33,910 bases of DNA, taken from assembly GCA_910592345.1 (NCBI GenBank), contig CAJVPI010000349.1, positions 1-33,910 on the forward strand. The letters are read 5' to 3'. Origin of the DNA: Paraglomus brasilianum (taxonomy: Eukaryota). Under the pieces are notes generated by a model. The model had not been told where the DNA came from and made no database searches. It saw only the letters and a list, made by a program, of their open reading frames with translations. Made by a program: the position numbers and the translations under genes. Numbering within the stretch: the first letter of the stretch is position 1; every line of letters begins with the position of its first letter. This document shows positions 12,026 through 23,082 of this stretch, one piece after another.

Positions 12026-15000
12026 ATGGATACGCTGAAAGATATTCCAGAGTTCTTCGAAACTCGACTAGACGAATCCTTGGATGCACGAAGGGAGGGA
12101 TTAGGTAACTGACTTTTAGTCCGTGTGCCTTTTTCCTCCATCTCTTCGTCTTAGATAATGTCATTTACGAGATCTTTTCGCTGTATTTCTTGTTCTAAAC
12201 CTAGCCACTTTCCGGGAACTCGGCCCACCAGACTTATGTCACATTACAAAGGCTAATGCGAAACCAGGTGTTAAGGAGGTAGAGAATTTGTCGATTATGA
12301 CTTATACCATGCAACGATCGTAGTAGGATCTAAACATTATAGACACGATTTTATTCTTTCTATACGAATTTCTTTTAAATTTATGCTTTTAACATTTGAA
12401 TAGGTCGGCTCTTATCATTATGTATCTGGTGTCGATGCGTCATCCTCGGCTACATTAGCAGCGTACCTTAATTCGCTAACATACGCATTGGTGAGTCAAT
12501 ATATCATTTGGTTCGAACATTTTTTTGGTGTGCTCTTTATGTTAAACGCTCGAGCTATTTCAGGAAGAAGCGCATGCATGGTTCTCAAAGTCATCCGCAT
12601 GGCGCATTCGTTCGGGCGTGTATTGGTGAGTATGATGATCAATTTATAAAGTCTTTGCGATTTCATACCAAGACTTTTTTTTTCTCTCGCGTAGTTGTTT
12701 CAATGCCTTTTCACGAGTGGACGTACGTGTCGAAGTCAAGATTCCTGGAGGGGTAGAGAGCTACGTAATTGATTTGCGCGGTGAAAGGTGGGAGAGAAAT
12801 GAATGATTCATAAATTTGATACTCAATGATTTGACTAACGTATTCGTTCACTAAACCTTCTAGACGCGAAGCTACGCCAGAGATTTGGCAAGAGACGTAC
12901 ATTTCCGCAATTCTTCGCGCCATATTGTATTCAGATGATGCCAATTATCGTTTGTATGGGATTCGTAAATTGGATCCTATCCCGAATATAGAAGCCGAGG
13001 CACATTTCTTGGAAGCTGCTGAACAGTTGTTCTTCAAAGGTTAAGCAGCGTTACTGGTTTACTGATTTTCGTTTTGAGAAATTTTTGTTCAGACATCTAT
13101 CAGAGTTGTTGAAATATCTACTTTGTCAGAAGAGAAACTAGCTAATATGTAAAAAAAGTAGATTTAGACATTCAGCTTTATTAACTAAATACGATTTGCT
13201 CATATTGAAGGTCTACCAATGCAACTAATTATGTATCTGCTTCCAATTCTTTCTAGGATGGCAGCTTGGGTCCGATCCTGAAATCCAAGTAGCTACCGTT
13301 GTCAACAATCACTTGACAGCAGGGATTATGAAATATTTCAGTGAGAGCTTTAGATACGAGAGAGCTGTTAACCTTTTTGAGAAGCATATCCTTGCATTAT
13401 ACGATGATTTTGGGGACAATCGCAACAACATATTATTCTTAACAGCTAACTACTTCTTCTCAAGGAATCGGAAGTAGCGGCACTATTGGCAAAGTCTTAT
13501 ATTGGCATGGGTAATGGATGTTTTTGGTGGGATGAGAGAAGGGGGTTTGTCTTGATAATCAATTGACCGCCTTGTAATATCTTTTAAAGATGAAGAAATC
13601 AAGGCGGTAAACATTCTGTACGATGCTCTTAAACAAAATTCATTGAGCTGTGCCTTACTTCACGTACAAACAGACTTTCTTCTAAGTAAGGTGAGACTAT
13701 CTTTTAAACTGTTAATGAACCTTTCTAATTGCATCTTACTAATATGTATTTTGCGCAACTAGGGTGCGGTTGAATATGCTTTAAAGCTAGCGAAGCAGGC
13801 GGTAAACTGCGCACCATCCGAGTTTGTGACATGGGCCAAGCTAACAGAAGTCTATATTGAGTTGGGTGACTATGAGTCTGTGTGTCATCAGTTCTAGTGT
13901 TTTGTTCGATATTCTTGTGCCTTCTGTGTTTTGTATCTAACTGCTTACATCTGACAGGCTTTATTATCATTGAATTCATGTCCAATGTTTACTTACAACG
14001 AAAGGGACATGCATCGTATGCCAACTCCCGCAAGGTCTCATTTACCCGTCAGAGCTGACATAGCAAACGCAGGGATCTTGGGCGACGACAATATTTATGA
14101 TAATGAGGTACATCGGCAGTCTTATTTGGGTATGCATGGTCTGTAAAACAGGAATAACAGATTTATTGTTTGACGGTGATGTTATTAGTTTGATGAAAAG
14201 CCCATATTGCTGCCAGCATCATCTTTGCGGGGAACTTTTGCAAAGGCCTATTTGCTTCTGACACGTCTTGTTCATAAAGTTGGCTGGGATGCATTATTAA
14301 AATTTCGATCATCTGTATTTGTTATGGAAGAAGAATATCGACTGCAGAAGGCTGCTGAGGAAGAGCGTCAAAAACGAGTTCATAAGAGCATAAGCCAAGC
14401 TGCATTACAAGAAACTGTTAATGGAAATGCCGATCATAAAAAAAGCGACGAGAAAACATCGGTTATACCAAAAATTACTGTTTCGACCGCAAATGAGTCA
14501 GAAAACGTAAACAATGATACAGCTGAAAATGAAGGCAACGAAAATACGTCAGGAGCTGATAAAGAAGCCCCGGTTCAGACAGCTACTAAAGCGGCGGTTG
14601 AAGACAACAGCCACGGAGCTGCAGAATCAGAACCAGAACCAGAAGAAGCAACGCAGCACGAAGAGACTCAACAAGAAGAGACTCGACCAGAAGAGACTCA
14701 ACCAGAAGAGACTCAACCAGAAGAGACTTCAGGAAAAACTGATGATGAAACTGATGGACAATCTGGTGACCCTGATAAATTGGAAGATGTCAATCTTGGT
14801 GATAGTGCGAACGGCGACGGCAATAGTAATATCGCAGAATCTAAACCCGAAACACATGAACTCAGGACGCCGGAACTTGTGAAGCCAAGGCAGGCTGCAA
14901 ACGAAGATACATCTGATGCACAAAGTACATGTGATGAATCAAAGGTAAGTTTTACACGCACCCCATGATCGATTAATTGTTGGTAACAAACGACTACTCA

Positions 15001-16002
15001 CTGAACTTTGTGTAACTGTTTAAAGGATGATATATTCTCTTTCAACAACAAGAGACTTTGCGAAAGGTGGTGTATGCGATTGTTTAAACGCTGATGTACA
15101 AGGGTTTAACTGTTGCTTTACTAATGCTTTAACGTTTGAACACCATATTATGAAGATGGCTCGACAATTTATTTATGGTGCTTTACGAGGTACTTTATAT
15201 TGCTTTCAATGTGTCTTGTCGCTGGTTGAATCTTGGACAGATGCTTATTATCCGAGATCTTGTATAGGATTTGAGAATATATACTGGACGGCGTTCAGAG
15301 CTTTCACATTACGAGGCTCATCAATTAACCTACCGCAAAAGCAGTGCAGAATGGGAGATGTTTGGTGACTTGGCTGCCCGTTTATATCACAAGGTAATGT
15401 ACAAAACATGCTATTGGTAGTCAAAGCTCGAAGAATCCAACGCAGGATGTTCTGACCTACGGATCTGCTTTGTGAACTATGAGTTTGTCACGACAATGTG
15501 GTTTGGGGAAATAAAACATTAAGGAATTGTCGGTTCTCGAGCTTCGACTATATAAATATAAATTTATGCTTGTAATACTCACAGAGGTTTAAATAGGAGG
15601 AATCGATAGAAGCATATCAACATTGCCTAGATCAAAAGTTCTCTCCTAAAGCATGTTTAAAACTCTTGGAGTATTATGCAGAGAAGGGTGATGCACAGAA
15701 GGCACTGGCGGCAGCTGTTAAATTGACGGTTTACCAAGAGCGTTGGTACCACGAAATTATCGTAAGTCAGAATCAATTTGCATAACTATACATACAAGTT
15801 TGATTACTTATTGCCTTGCTAACTTCCTTGGTAGTATCCTACGGCTGTCTCGTGTAATCTAAACAAGCTCATTCGCAAAGAGGGACTCGCAATAATGTAT
15901 AATACTCTCCTGGCGATGAACTTGCCCGAAACTGTGCTGAAGCTAGTATTACGTTATTTTACCTTTACTGAAAATTTCAAAATACAAGGATATGATTTTT
16001 AA
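12026..16002 (+). CDS. Exomer cargo adaptor, ChAPs family (Chs5-Arf1-binding; Bch1/Bud7-like), ~16 exons including one U12 AT-AC intron
   Basis: The spliced product contains ESLDARREGLATFRELGPPDL, GSYHYVSGVDASSSATLAAY, YCCFNAFSRVDVRVEVKIPGGV, WQETYISAILRA, GWQLGSDPEIQVATVVNNHL, ALLSLNSCPMF, SLRGTFAKAY, KRLCERWLDNLFMVLYEDLR and EWEMFGDLA. Stop TAA at 16000-16002. Confidence 0.93.
13386..13453 (+). other. U12-type (minor spliceosome) AT-AC intron in the ChAPs gene
   Basis: The 5' end is ATATCCTTG, the branch sequence TTCTTAAC lies at 13436-13443, and the 3' AC is at 13452-13453. Removal restores NLFEKLLLKESEVAALLAKSY. Confidence 0.9.
14660..14731 (+). repeat. Coding minisatellite, ~5 x 15 bp (EETQP)
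   Basis: Tandem GAAGAGACTC(A/G)AC(A/C)A units in the acidic low-complexity insert of the ChAPs protein. Confidence 0.9.
15418..15550. mobile_element. Small MITE-like inverted-repeat element inside a ChAPs intron (15394-15596)
   Basis: The left arm TAGTCAAAGCTCGAAGAATCCAAC resembles the reverse complement of the right arm, TAGTCGAAGCTCGAGAACCGAC. TA is present at both ends and the host intron is abnormally long. Confidence 0.6.
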
Positions 16003-16487
16003 AATTTTGGGAAAGAATAATAATAGACATACAAAAATATAAACTTAAATATACACAGTGTCTTTATATATCAATCTTACAATAAATTACGTTAAATGCT
16101 GCAGCGCCTGGAGCGAACAAGAATGCTAAGCTTGTAACTGTAAACGAGTCCGTTGTATGCTTCCACGTAACAACTAGTCTTAATATTCGATGCCATGCGC
16201 CAATTAAGAGAACCCTCCTCTCAGTTCTCGGCAGACGTTTTATGAAATTATTCTGCTTGCCATTTATTTCAAACATCATGCTCAAATATAAAGGAAGATT
16301 AGAAAGGTATATAAATTACAAATATGACTGTTATTGGGAAGAAAATAAAAGTACAAATAAATTCCATTGATCAAACAAGGTAGATATTGGATTCATCAGC
16401 GTGCTAACGACAATGCTATCACCACCAGATACAACAGTGCGATTGTACCCACACAATGACGCAATTGCACGCTGCCTAAATGCTTTA

Positions 16488-17494
16488 TCAAATTCGGACA
16501 TCTTCCCAAAGGGTCGTGCCAGAACATGCACAAATCTTCTTAGAATTTTCAAATGCTCCAGCGCTACGTGCAATAACACCAGTAAGCGCACCACGACCAC
16601 TATTTCCGTCAATCTTGCTTTGCTCGTTTGATCCTTGTCCAAGATCATCTTCATCATGAGTTATGACCATAGAGCGTCCTATTATGTCCCAGACCTTAAT
16701 GCGCCGGCTCTCCACCAACAAATCACCCCAACCATTTTCGTCAACAACTATATTTCCAAGATCGCCGACATGACCTTGCTCCAAGTCTCCGTGCGCGACT
16801 CCCTCGGGGTTATAGTGGTCGCCAGTCGAAGCGACACCATCGGAAATATCTCCAGTTTCATGTATATGGATACCATGAGTTCCAGGTGGTATTCCCTCGA
16901 CTGTTACATCGATTACACAGATATCTTTGTCAATCTGAATGAATCTAGCAACTCCACGAGGTGGACGTTTAGGTTCCGGTTCATCGTCAGATGCAGGTAT
17001 ATATGTATAGTCTTCGAAAATACAAACAGCAGCTCCAGCATGCCCTGCACAAAAATAGTCATAATCATTGTCGTCAACCTCTAGTAGTTTCATCCTATAC
17101 GACAACCGACATTTTAATTTACCTTTTAGAGTACCTTGACCACGAACCACAACCTTTCTGCCAGTACTTCTTATTATCTTAAAGACTTTCGAAGGAGGAG
17201 CTAATAATCACCCAGACATGAGCTAATATCTTGACTCAATTAACAACTTTCAATCGAGTACTGACCAGTTCCTTCTACGGTAACCCGCTGCTCACTCAGG
17301 TCAACGTAGAAACCATCGATGCCTATAATAATGTATTACAGTTCACTGTCTTTATGCCTTGAATTAGTCACAACGAAATAAGTGACATTACCAGGTATGT
17401 CGGCAAGCGCATTTGACACAGATTCCACACAGTCATTACAGGTCATTTCGACAGCATATTCTACCTTGAATGGAGTCTTCCCTGTTAGAGGCAT
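16488..17494 (-). CDS. CCS1: Copper chaperone for Cu/Zn superoxide dismutase, 4 exons
   Basis: N-terminal HMA domain (EYAVEMTCNDCV), SOD-like domain (HGIHIHETGD...TGDHYNP...GHVGDLGNI...IIGRSMV) and C-terminal ARSAGAFENSKKICACSGTTLWE. Introns at 17391-17323, 17265-17201 and 17122-17045. Confidence 0.95.
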
Positions 17495-17703
17495 GTTTTC
17501 ATCGAAACAAAAGTTTGTGTTGTGAATTTTGCGTAAGAATATTATCTGATCTGAATCACATGATTGATCAATTTTTGTTTCAATAAAATAGGTTGAATTA
17601 GATATTGGCCATACTTGCAGTATCAATAAACGCGTTTGGAAAGAAAAGCATGGCTTGCGTAATTTTATAATTGGACGCGAATTATTGGTGTTACATACTA
17701 ATA

Positions 17704-17912
17704 CACAGTGACTCTCTTTATAGTGTATCAAAAAAATCTACTAGTAAAAAATTCTCAAAAATACACTATATCGAGAGTTATTGAAAATTTATTAGTAAAT
17801 ACACTATATCGGATAGCATTCATTATAGATGGTTTTGAACCTTTATCCACTATATCGCGATTTTAATTAGTCTCCACTATAAAGGAGGTACACTATAAAG
17901 AGAGCCACTGTG
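17704..17912. mobile_element. MITE (Tc1/mariner-pogo-like), 209 bp, 24-bp TIRs, TA flanks
   Basis: CACAGTGACTCTCTTTATAGTGTA (17704-17727) and TACACTATAAAGAGAGCCACTGTG (17889-17912) pair with 1 mismatch. TA lies at 17702-03 and 17913-14. Internal CACTATATCG/CACTATAAAG sub-repeats are present. Confidence 0.85.
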
Positions 17913-18299
17913 TACAAATATCGAAGAAAAAATTATACATATTACAGGCTTTAGGTCAAGCTTCGTAAAAGCATCAAAAAATAGCTTTAGCAGTTTCCTA
18001 TAGTTGTCAATAACTGTTTTATAAAATCAAAATCCTCAATGAATGTTTAATGGAAAAAGACGAGACACGCTATATAAAGAATGGCGTTCTAGTTGATTAG
18101 ACACCATCTCAAGGAACCAAAATATAGACATTTGAGAGATTGTTGCCAAATCATTCGAACAGTCCAACGTTCCGATCGAACTCAAAAAATTCAAGAGAAA
18201 ATTGTTCCTTATTTTACTGAGGGATGACATCAGTTCAATCTACGTATCGCAAAGCTTTTTCGACTGTCCAAAAATTTTTGGATCATGAAGTATTTAATA

Positions 18300-18560
18300 T
18301 TGAAGAATTTGATGCTTAACATTTTTCATAGTTACAAAATCATCCCCCATGAGATCATTTTGCTGTAAATACCTTACTACATTCGTTAATCCTTCCAAAG
18401 CATTATTTACTTTACCAAGTATTTCGACTCTTCATTATTTATATTCTCTGGCTCTTGAGCTTATTCACCACTTACAAACTTGACAATTTTCTCATATTAA
18501 TATGCCATTTGCACAACTTGATTATCACTCATTTCATTCTACAAGTTCCATAAATAACAT
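18300..18560 (-). pseudogene. Possible relic of the C-terminus of a pogo/Tigger-like transposase
   Basis: Broken reverse-strand peptides EKIVKFVSGE*AQEPENINNEE and KVNNALEGLTNVVRYLQQNDL resemble the acidic and 'AL..L..L..YL.Q' tail of pogo/CENP-B-like proteins. No DDE core is seen. Confidence 0.3.
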
Positions 18561-18809
18561 ATTAATTAGAATATGCTGTATAAACTCTCTGTTTAGTCCA
18601 GAATATACTTCTATCCGAGAGATCCGTATCTTCTGGTTTTTTTCCCTCTGTAACAAAGAAGAAACTTTAATTAGACCAATTATTATCCCAACACCCCTTC
18701 TGAAATTGTTACACCAAATGTAACCATAATCTTTTCCTGATTTGACTTCCAAGACATTGAATAATTTTTGAAACTCTGAGAATTTGGGATCACTTGATGT
18801 ATTTAGGAT

Positions 18810-19158
18810 TACAAGGTCAACCCCGATAAACCGAAGATGTCGGTGCAGCCGTTTTTCTTCGGATTAGCGGGGTTGCTCTATAAACCGAAGTTTATATTCA
18901 GGGAAGCCATACATTCGGATAAATGGGGTAAGTGCTCGACGTTTTTTATTGTTGGATTGTTGATTTTATATTGCAAATTTCAATTTTTTGAGCAAGCTTA
19001 ATTGCTGTATGTTTTCTTTTAGGTGCCATGTTGTAGAACGTTTTGTCTTTGTTCGATCGAATTCTTGTTTGTATAAGAGAAGAATATTGCAAAGCAATTT
19101 TTATAGAGAAATATAATTGGCTGAAATATGCGGTTTATCGGGGCTATTGTCCATTGTA
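18810..19158. mobile_element. Degenerate MITE with internal palindromic sub-repeats
   Basis: A perfect 13-bp inverted repeat: CCCCGATAAACCG (18821-18833) and CGGTTTATCGGGG (19131-19143). The outer ends read TACAA.../...TTGTA. Internal variants include TTCGGATTAGCGGGG, TAAACCGAAG and TTCGGATAAATGGGG. Confidence 0.6.
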
Positions 19159-19242
19159 TGCAGAGTGACCAATGATAATTGATGCGCAGAAACACGCTTT
19201 TCGTCTATTTAAATATCATGAATAATCGATTTATAATGGCTT

Positions 19243-19660
19243 ATTTTCAGAAAAATCAACCACAACTCAACAAATATCGCTTAAAAAGATAAAAAACCAG
19301 ATCTAACAATTTTCATCAATAACGCTTTGCGAAAAATGTTTGGAGTATTAATTGGCTTCGTTCTTGGCATGATCTGTAATAGCCAACTCCACAATATGAG
19401 AATATTAAGTAAGACTATGAAGTCCAGAAAGTTACCAATAACGAAACCATCAGCGAACAAAACTTACTTGCCAGAGGTCGAAACGTTGTGGAATGATTTT
19501 AAACGAAAGAATTAAATTGGATCCAAAATTTTCATTTAACAAAATGGCGTTTGAAATTTATAAATTACTTGAAGAAAAAGCTGTTACAGCTTCCACAATC
19601 CGAAACTTTTATCTTCGAAGAACAACTCCGCGGAAAAAGACGATTGAGGCAATTCAACGT
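19243..19660 (+). pseudogene. Frameshifted copy of a small multicopy gene (possible HTH-like DNA-binding protein)
   Basis: Two overlapping ORFs (KTYLPEVETLWNDFK / KLDPKFSFNKMAFEIYKLLEEKAVTASTIRNFYLRRTTPRKKTIEAIQR) need a frameshift near 19505 to join. It is homologous to 975-1283(-). Confidence 0.6.
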
Positions 19661-19887
19661 TGCGTTCGTCTCAGTTATATCTCATCTCCGGTTATTATAG
19701 CAATACTGTGTATTAAGCAATTACTTAATAATTCGTTTTTTTTTGGGGGGAGAATACGTGACCCCCAAAATAGTTGTGTGGCTAATCTAATTAGCCCCAA
19801 ATTTTAACCGCGGTTTTGTTGTCACATTGCTCGATTTTTACTTTTTACTTTGCACCTTCGATTTTATTACCGTTATTGATTTTCCCA

Positions 19888-22581
19888 ATGTCCTCAGGCT
19901 CCGAGTTAGCAGGGATCGAGGTTGTTCATGGCCTTGAAGAGTTCCAAGAAAGCGGGGAACAAATCCTCGTCCTTAAAGATTCCACCATCCTCGAAAATGA
20001 AGGTACGCTCTCATTTACTACTCTTTTCTTTCACGCCGTGTACCTACATCCTTCCCTATAAAAAATAAATTCTTTTCCTGTCTCTTAACTCTAAAAACAG
20101 GATCATTGAAACTTTGATGTCTAATTTATCCCCAAACTTCATAGAGGAAGGAGATCGGCTTGTCAGCATACAGCTTGAGGAGAAACAACGATTGAAAAAG
20201 AATTTAGAAAATAAGAAGAAAAAACCATTGTATACTGGATATGATGATGAAGAATTTCTAATTGGAGGAGGGCAGAAGAAGACGTGGTTGAGTCACTATG
20301 ACGAGGAGATCAATGGGCCTAAAAGTGATGTGAGTGTTCGTTTTGTTTGGGGATCACATATCTATTGCAAGTGACTTTGTTCGGAATAGGAAACAAGAGA
20401 TATTAGTTTAATGAGTCTGAAATCTTACGACTGCTATAAGCGACTAATCGTCGACTGCAACACTTTCCTCTATTTTCAGTCATTTAGGCTTGATGTGAAC
20501 GGGACGGCTAAATTGAGTGAGGTGGAAAAGAAAAATGAAATTTCTGAAAGACTAAAAGCTCGAGCAATATCATTGCAATATGACAGTAAGAGTTGAAATT
20601 TTTATTGTCTGGACCCACTTTACATTAGATGACGACAATTAGAATAACTAATATCTGTAATATTTATAGAAATGAGAGAGATACAAGATTATTATACCAA
20701 AGAAGAAGCAGAAATTACATTCAAGAAGCCAAAGGTAAGAAACTTGTCTTCATTAGTATAATACTTTTCCTTTACATCTTCTTTGTCTACAATTACGTTC
20801 TTCTGTCTTATACTCTTAGTCGAAGAAGAAGAAAAAAGTAAGAAAGAAAACAGTTGAAAAAGATGATGACAACGTTCAACTTCAGCAAACTCAGAGCAAA
20901 TCTAACTCAAATGAAGATTCTATAACAACGCAAGCTGCACAGAGTAGGAGACAAGTGAACCTGGATGATGTCAATTTCGTAGACGATGATGATCTGCAGC
21001 AAGCCCTTGCTAGAGCGAGGAAGATTGCTTCAAAGAAGGCGATTAAATCTCAACCTGAAACCATAGCTGAAAGCTGTATGTATTCACAATTATCAATTTC
21101 AAAGTGTAGATTTATTGTGTTTATACATTTACACGTACTTTGCACCTTATTTCATCAATTCTCCAGTGGCCGGAACAAGAGACGTTCAGTCAGACGACGA
21201 AGATACAAATTCCTCCAGCCTTGTAATATCGGATACATCTGAATTTGTCCGCTCTCTCTCTATTGCCCCGGTCCCTGCCAAACCGTCAGCGCCTTCCCCA
21301 AAACCTTCAGCAAAACCTTCAGCATCTCAGCCTCCCAAACCCACTTCTGGACCTTCATCTGACGTCGAACAGCAAGAAGACCATTCCTCGTCTGATAATG
21401 AATCCTCCCGTGGTGGATGGAAGTCTGCTGGTGTAGTAGAATCACAAGACCTTCCTCAAATTGGGGAAGAAACAAAACTAACCGGAGTTGTGGAAGAAGA
21501 ACCATTGGTTAGTCAAGGAATGGCAGCTACCCTGGCTCTCTTATCTCAAAAGGGATTTTCAATAAAGCCTAACGAAGAGCAACTGGAGAAGGAGAGGATC
21601 CAGAAAGAGAGGCAGAAGTGGTTATTAGAACAGAGAAAGAAGGATCTAGAGAGGCAGTTAGAGAGGGAAAAAGAGAAGCAAAGAGCTAAAGAGAAGGGTT
21701 ATAGAGGTGGCGGCGGGAGGGAAAACGATAATAGTTATAGAGATAGAGAGCATTTGAGAGAAGTTGAAGTAAGGTTTAGGGATTATAAACCGGATGTCAA
21801 CTTGGAATACGTGGATGAGTTTGGAAATCCTTTAACGCCTAAAGAGGTATGAAAATATGCGAAGCGGGGAGTCGGGGACGGTGGGAATTTGATACAGTTA
21901 TGTTCGTCAAAGAGTTCCTCTGAGGCAGACAACAACACTCATCTGTTTTTGGTAATTAATTATGATTTACCTTTTTTTAGGCTTTTCGTCAATTATCACA
22001 TAAGTTCCATGGCAAGTCGTCAGGTAAAGCCAAGACAGAGAAGAGGCTTAAGAAGTTAGAAGAGGAAAGGAAATTGAAGGCTATGAGCAGTATCGACACT
22101 CCATTGAACACAGCGACAGCCTTACAGGAGAGACAGAAAGCGAGTGGGAGCGCACACGTTGTGTTATCTGTTGGCAATCGAGCGTGAGTACGCTTCATTA
22201 TTGTATTAATACCGTAGTCACTACGTAATGACGTGAATTGAATATATTGTTATATTTATCTTTTATAGAGTTGTTCCTCCAAGTATGAATTTGAATGCAA
22301 CAGGGAAGAATGAAATGAGTGCTAAGGCATCAGGTATTAATTCTAATGCTCCAAGTATTATCACTGTTAATGGTGGATTGACCGGACAGAGTATGAATGC
22401 GCCTGAAAGAGAGAAGGTAAGAGTGATACCGTAATTATTGTATGATGAGTTGGACTATTTAGACGTTGATACGCAGACCCCAGTAGAGTTAAAGTCTAAT
22501 GTTGTTAATCTCGATTAGGTTATTTTCGGGCTCAAACGTAGAGCAGAGCAAGATCAAGATAAACCATCGAAAAAGCGGTAG
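19888..22581 (+). CDS. SNU66: U4/U6.U5 tri-snRNP protein Snu66/SART-1, multi-exon, apparently without the N-terminal HIND region
   Basis: The spliced product contains ELAGIEVVHGLEEF, ILVLKDSTILENEEEGDRL, LYTGYDDEEF, WLSHYDEEI, IQDYYTKEEAEITFKKPK, NFVDDDDLQQALARARK, LVISDTSEFVRSL, EEEPLVSQGMAATLALL and YKPDVNLEYVDEFGNPLTPKE|AFRQLSHKFHGKSSGKAKTEKRLKK. The last exon is VIFGLKRRAE...KKR*. Confidence 0.92.
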
Positions 22582-23082
22582 TTTTTTATGCGACCGTTTA
22601 TTATTACGCCTTTCGTTGATTATTGTATTTGTAGATTTAAATGAATAAACAAACGAATCGTTCCATGCATAAATAACACATAACATTTGAAACGTTAGTT
22701 TAGTTAATATCTAGGATCGGAATCAAGAATTTCTAAGTCTTTTTAGTCATTTATTATCTTTATCTTTTTCTGATTTGTGCAGTCTTTTCTGAGCAGTCAG
22801 CACCGATATTTCACCAAAGCTATTATGAAACTCATTTACGTGGTAATAAACTTTCGTTTACATCAAACGATGCTTATTTGACTTCGTCCCTCCACCAAAA
22901 ATATTGTCAAGTTATTTGTTGGAGATCATAACTAATTCCAACTTTTGCTGGCATAGGTTAATTCAGATAATTGCAGATGTAACGGACAAATAGCAGCGCG
23001 CTCCCTTATTATCAACGAATATCGAATGATTATCGTATGATTAGAGAAACATTGAAATATCTTCTAGCCTTAGATATATATC

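Noticed and set aside
16635..17084. 149-aa plus-strand ORF and similar antisense ORFs (e.g. 23374-23736, 31137-31544, 14713-14961)
   Set aside because: These are shadows of real genes on the opposite strand and have no recognisable motifs.
17760..17900. Regularly spaced CACTATA repeats resembling a CRISPR-like array
   Set aside because: The repeats are only 7-10 bp, are bounded by TIRs and sit in a eukaryotic context; they are explained as MITE sub-terminal repeats.
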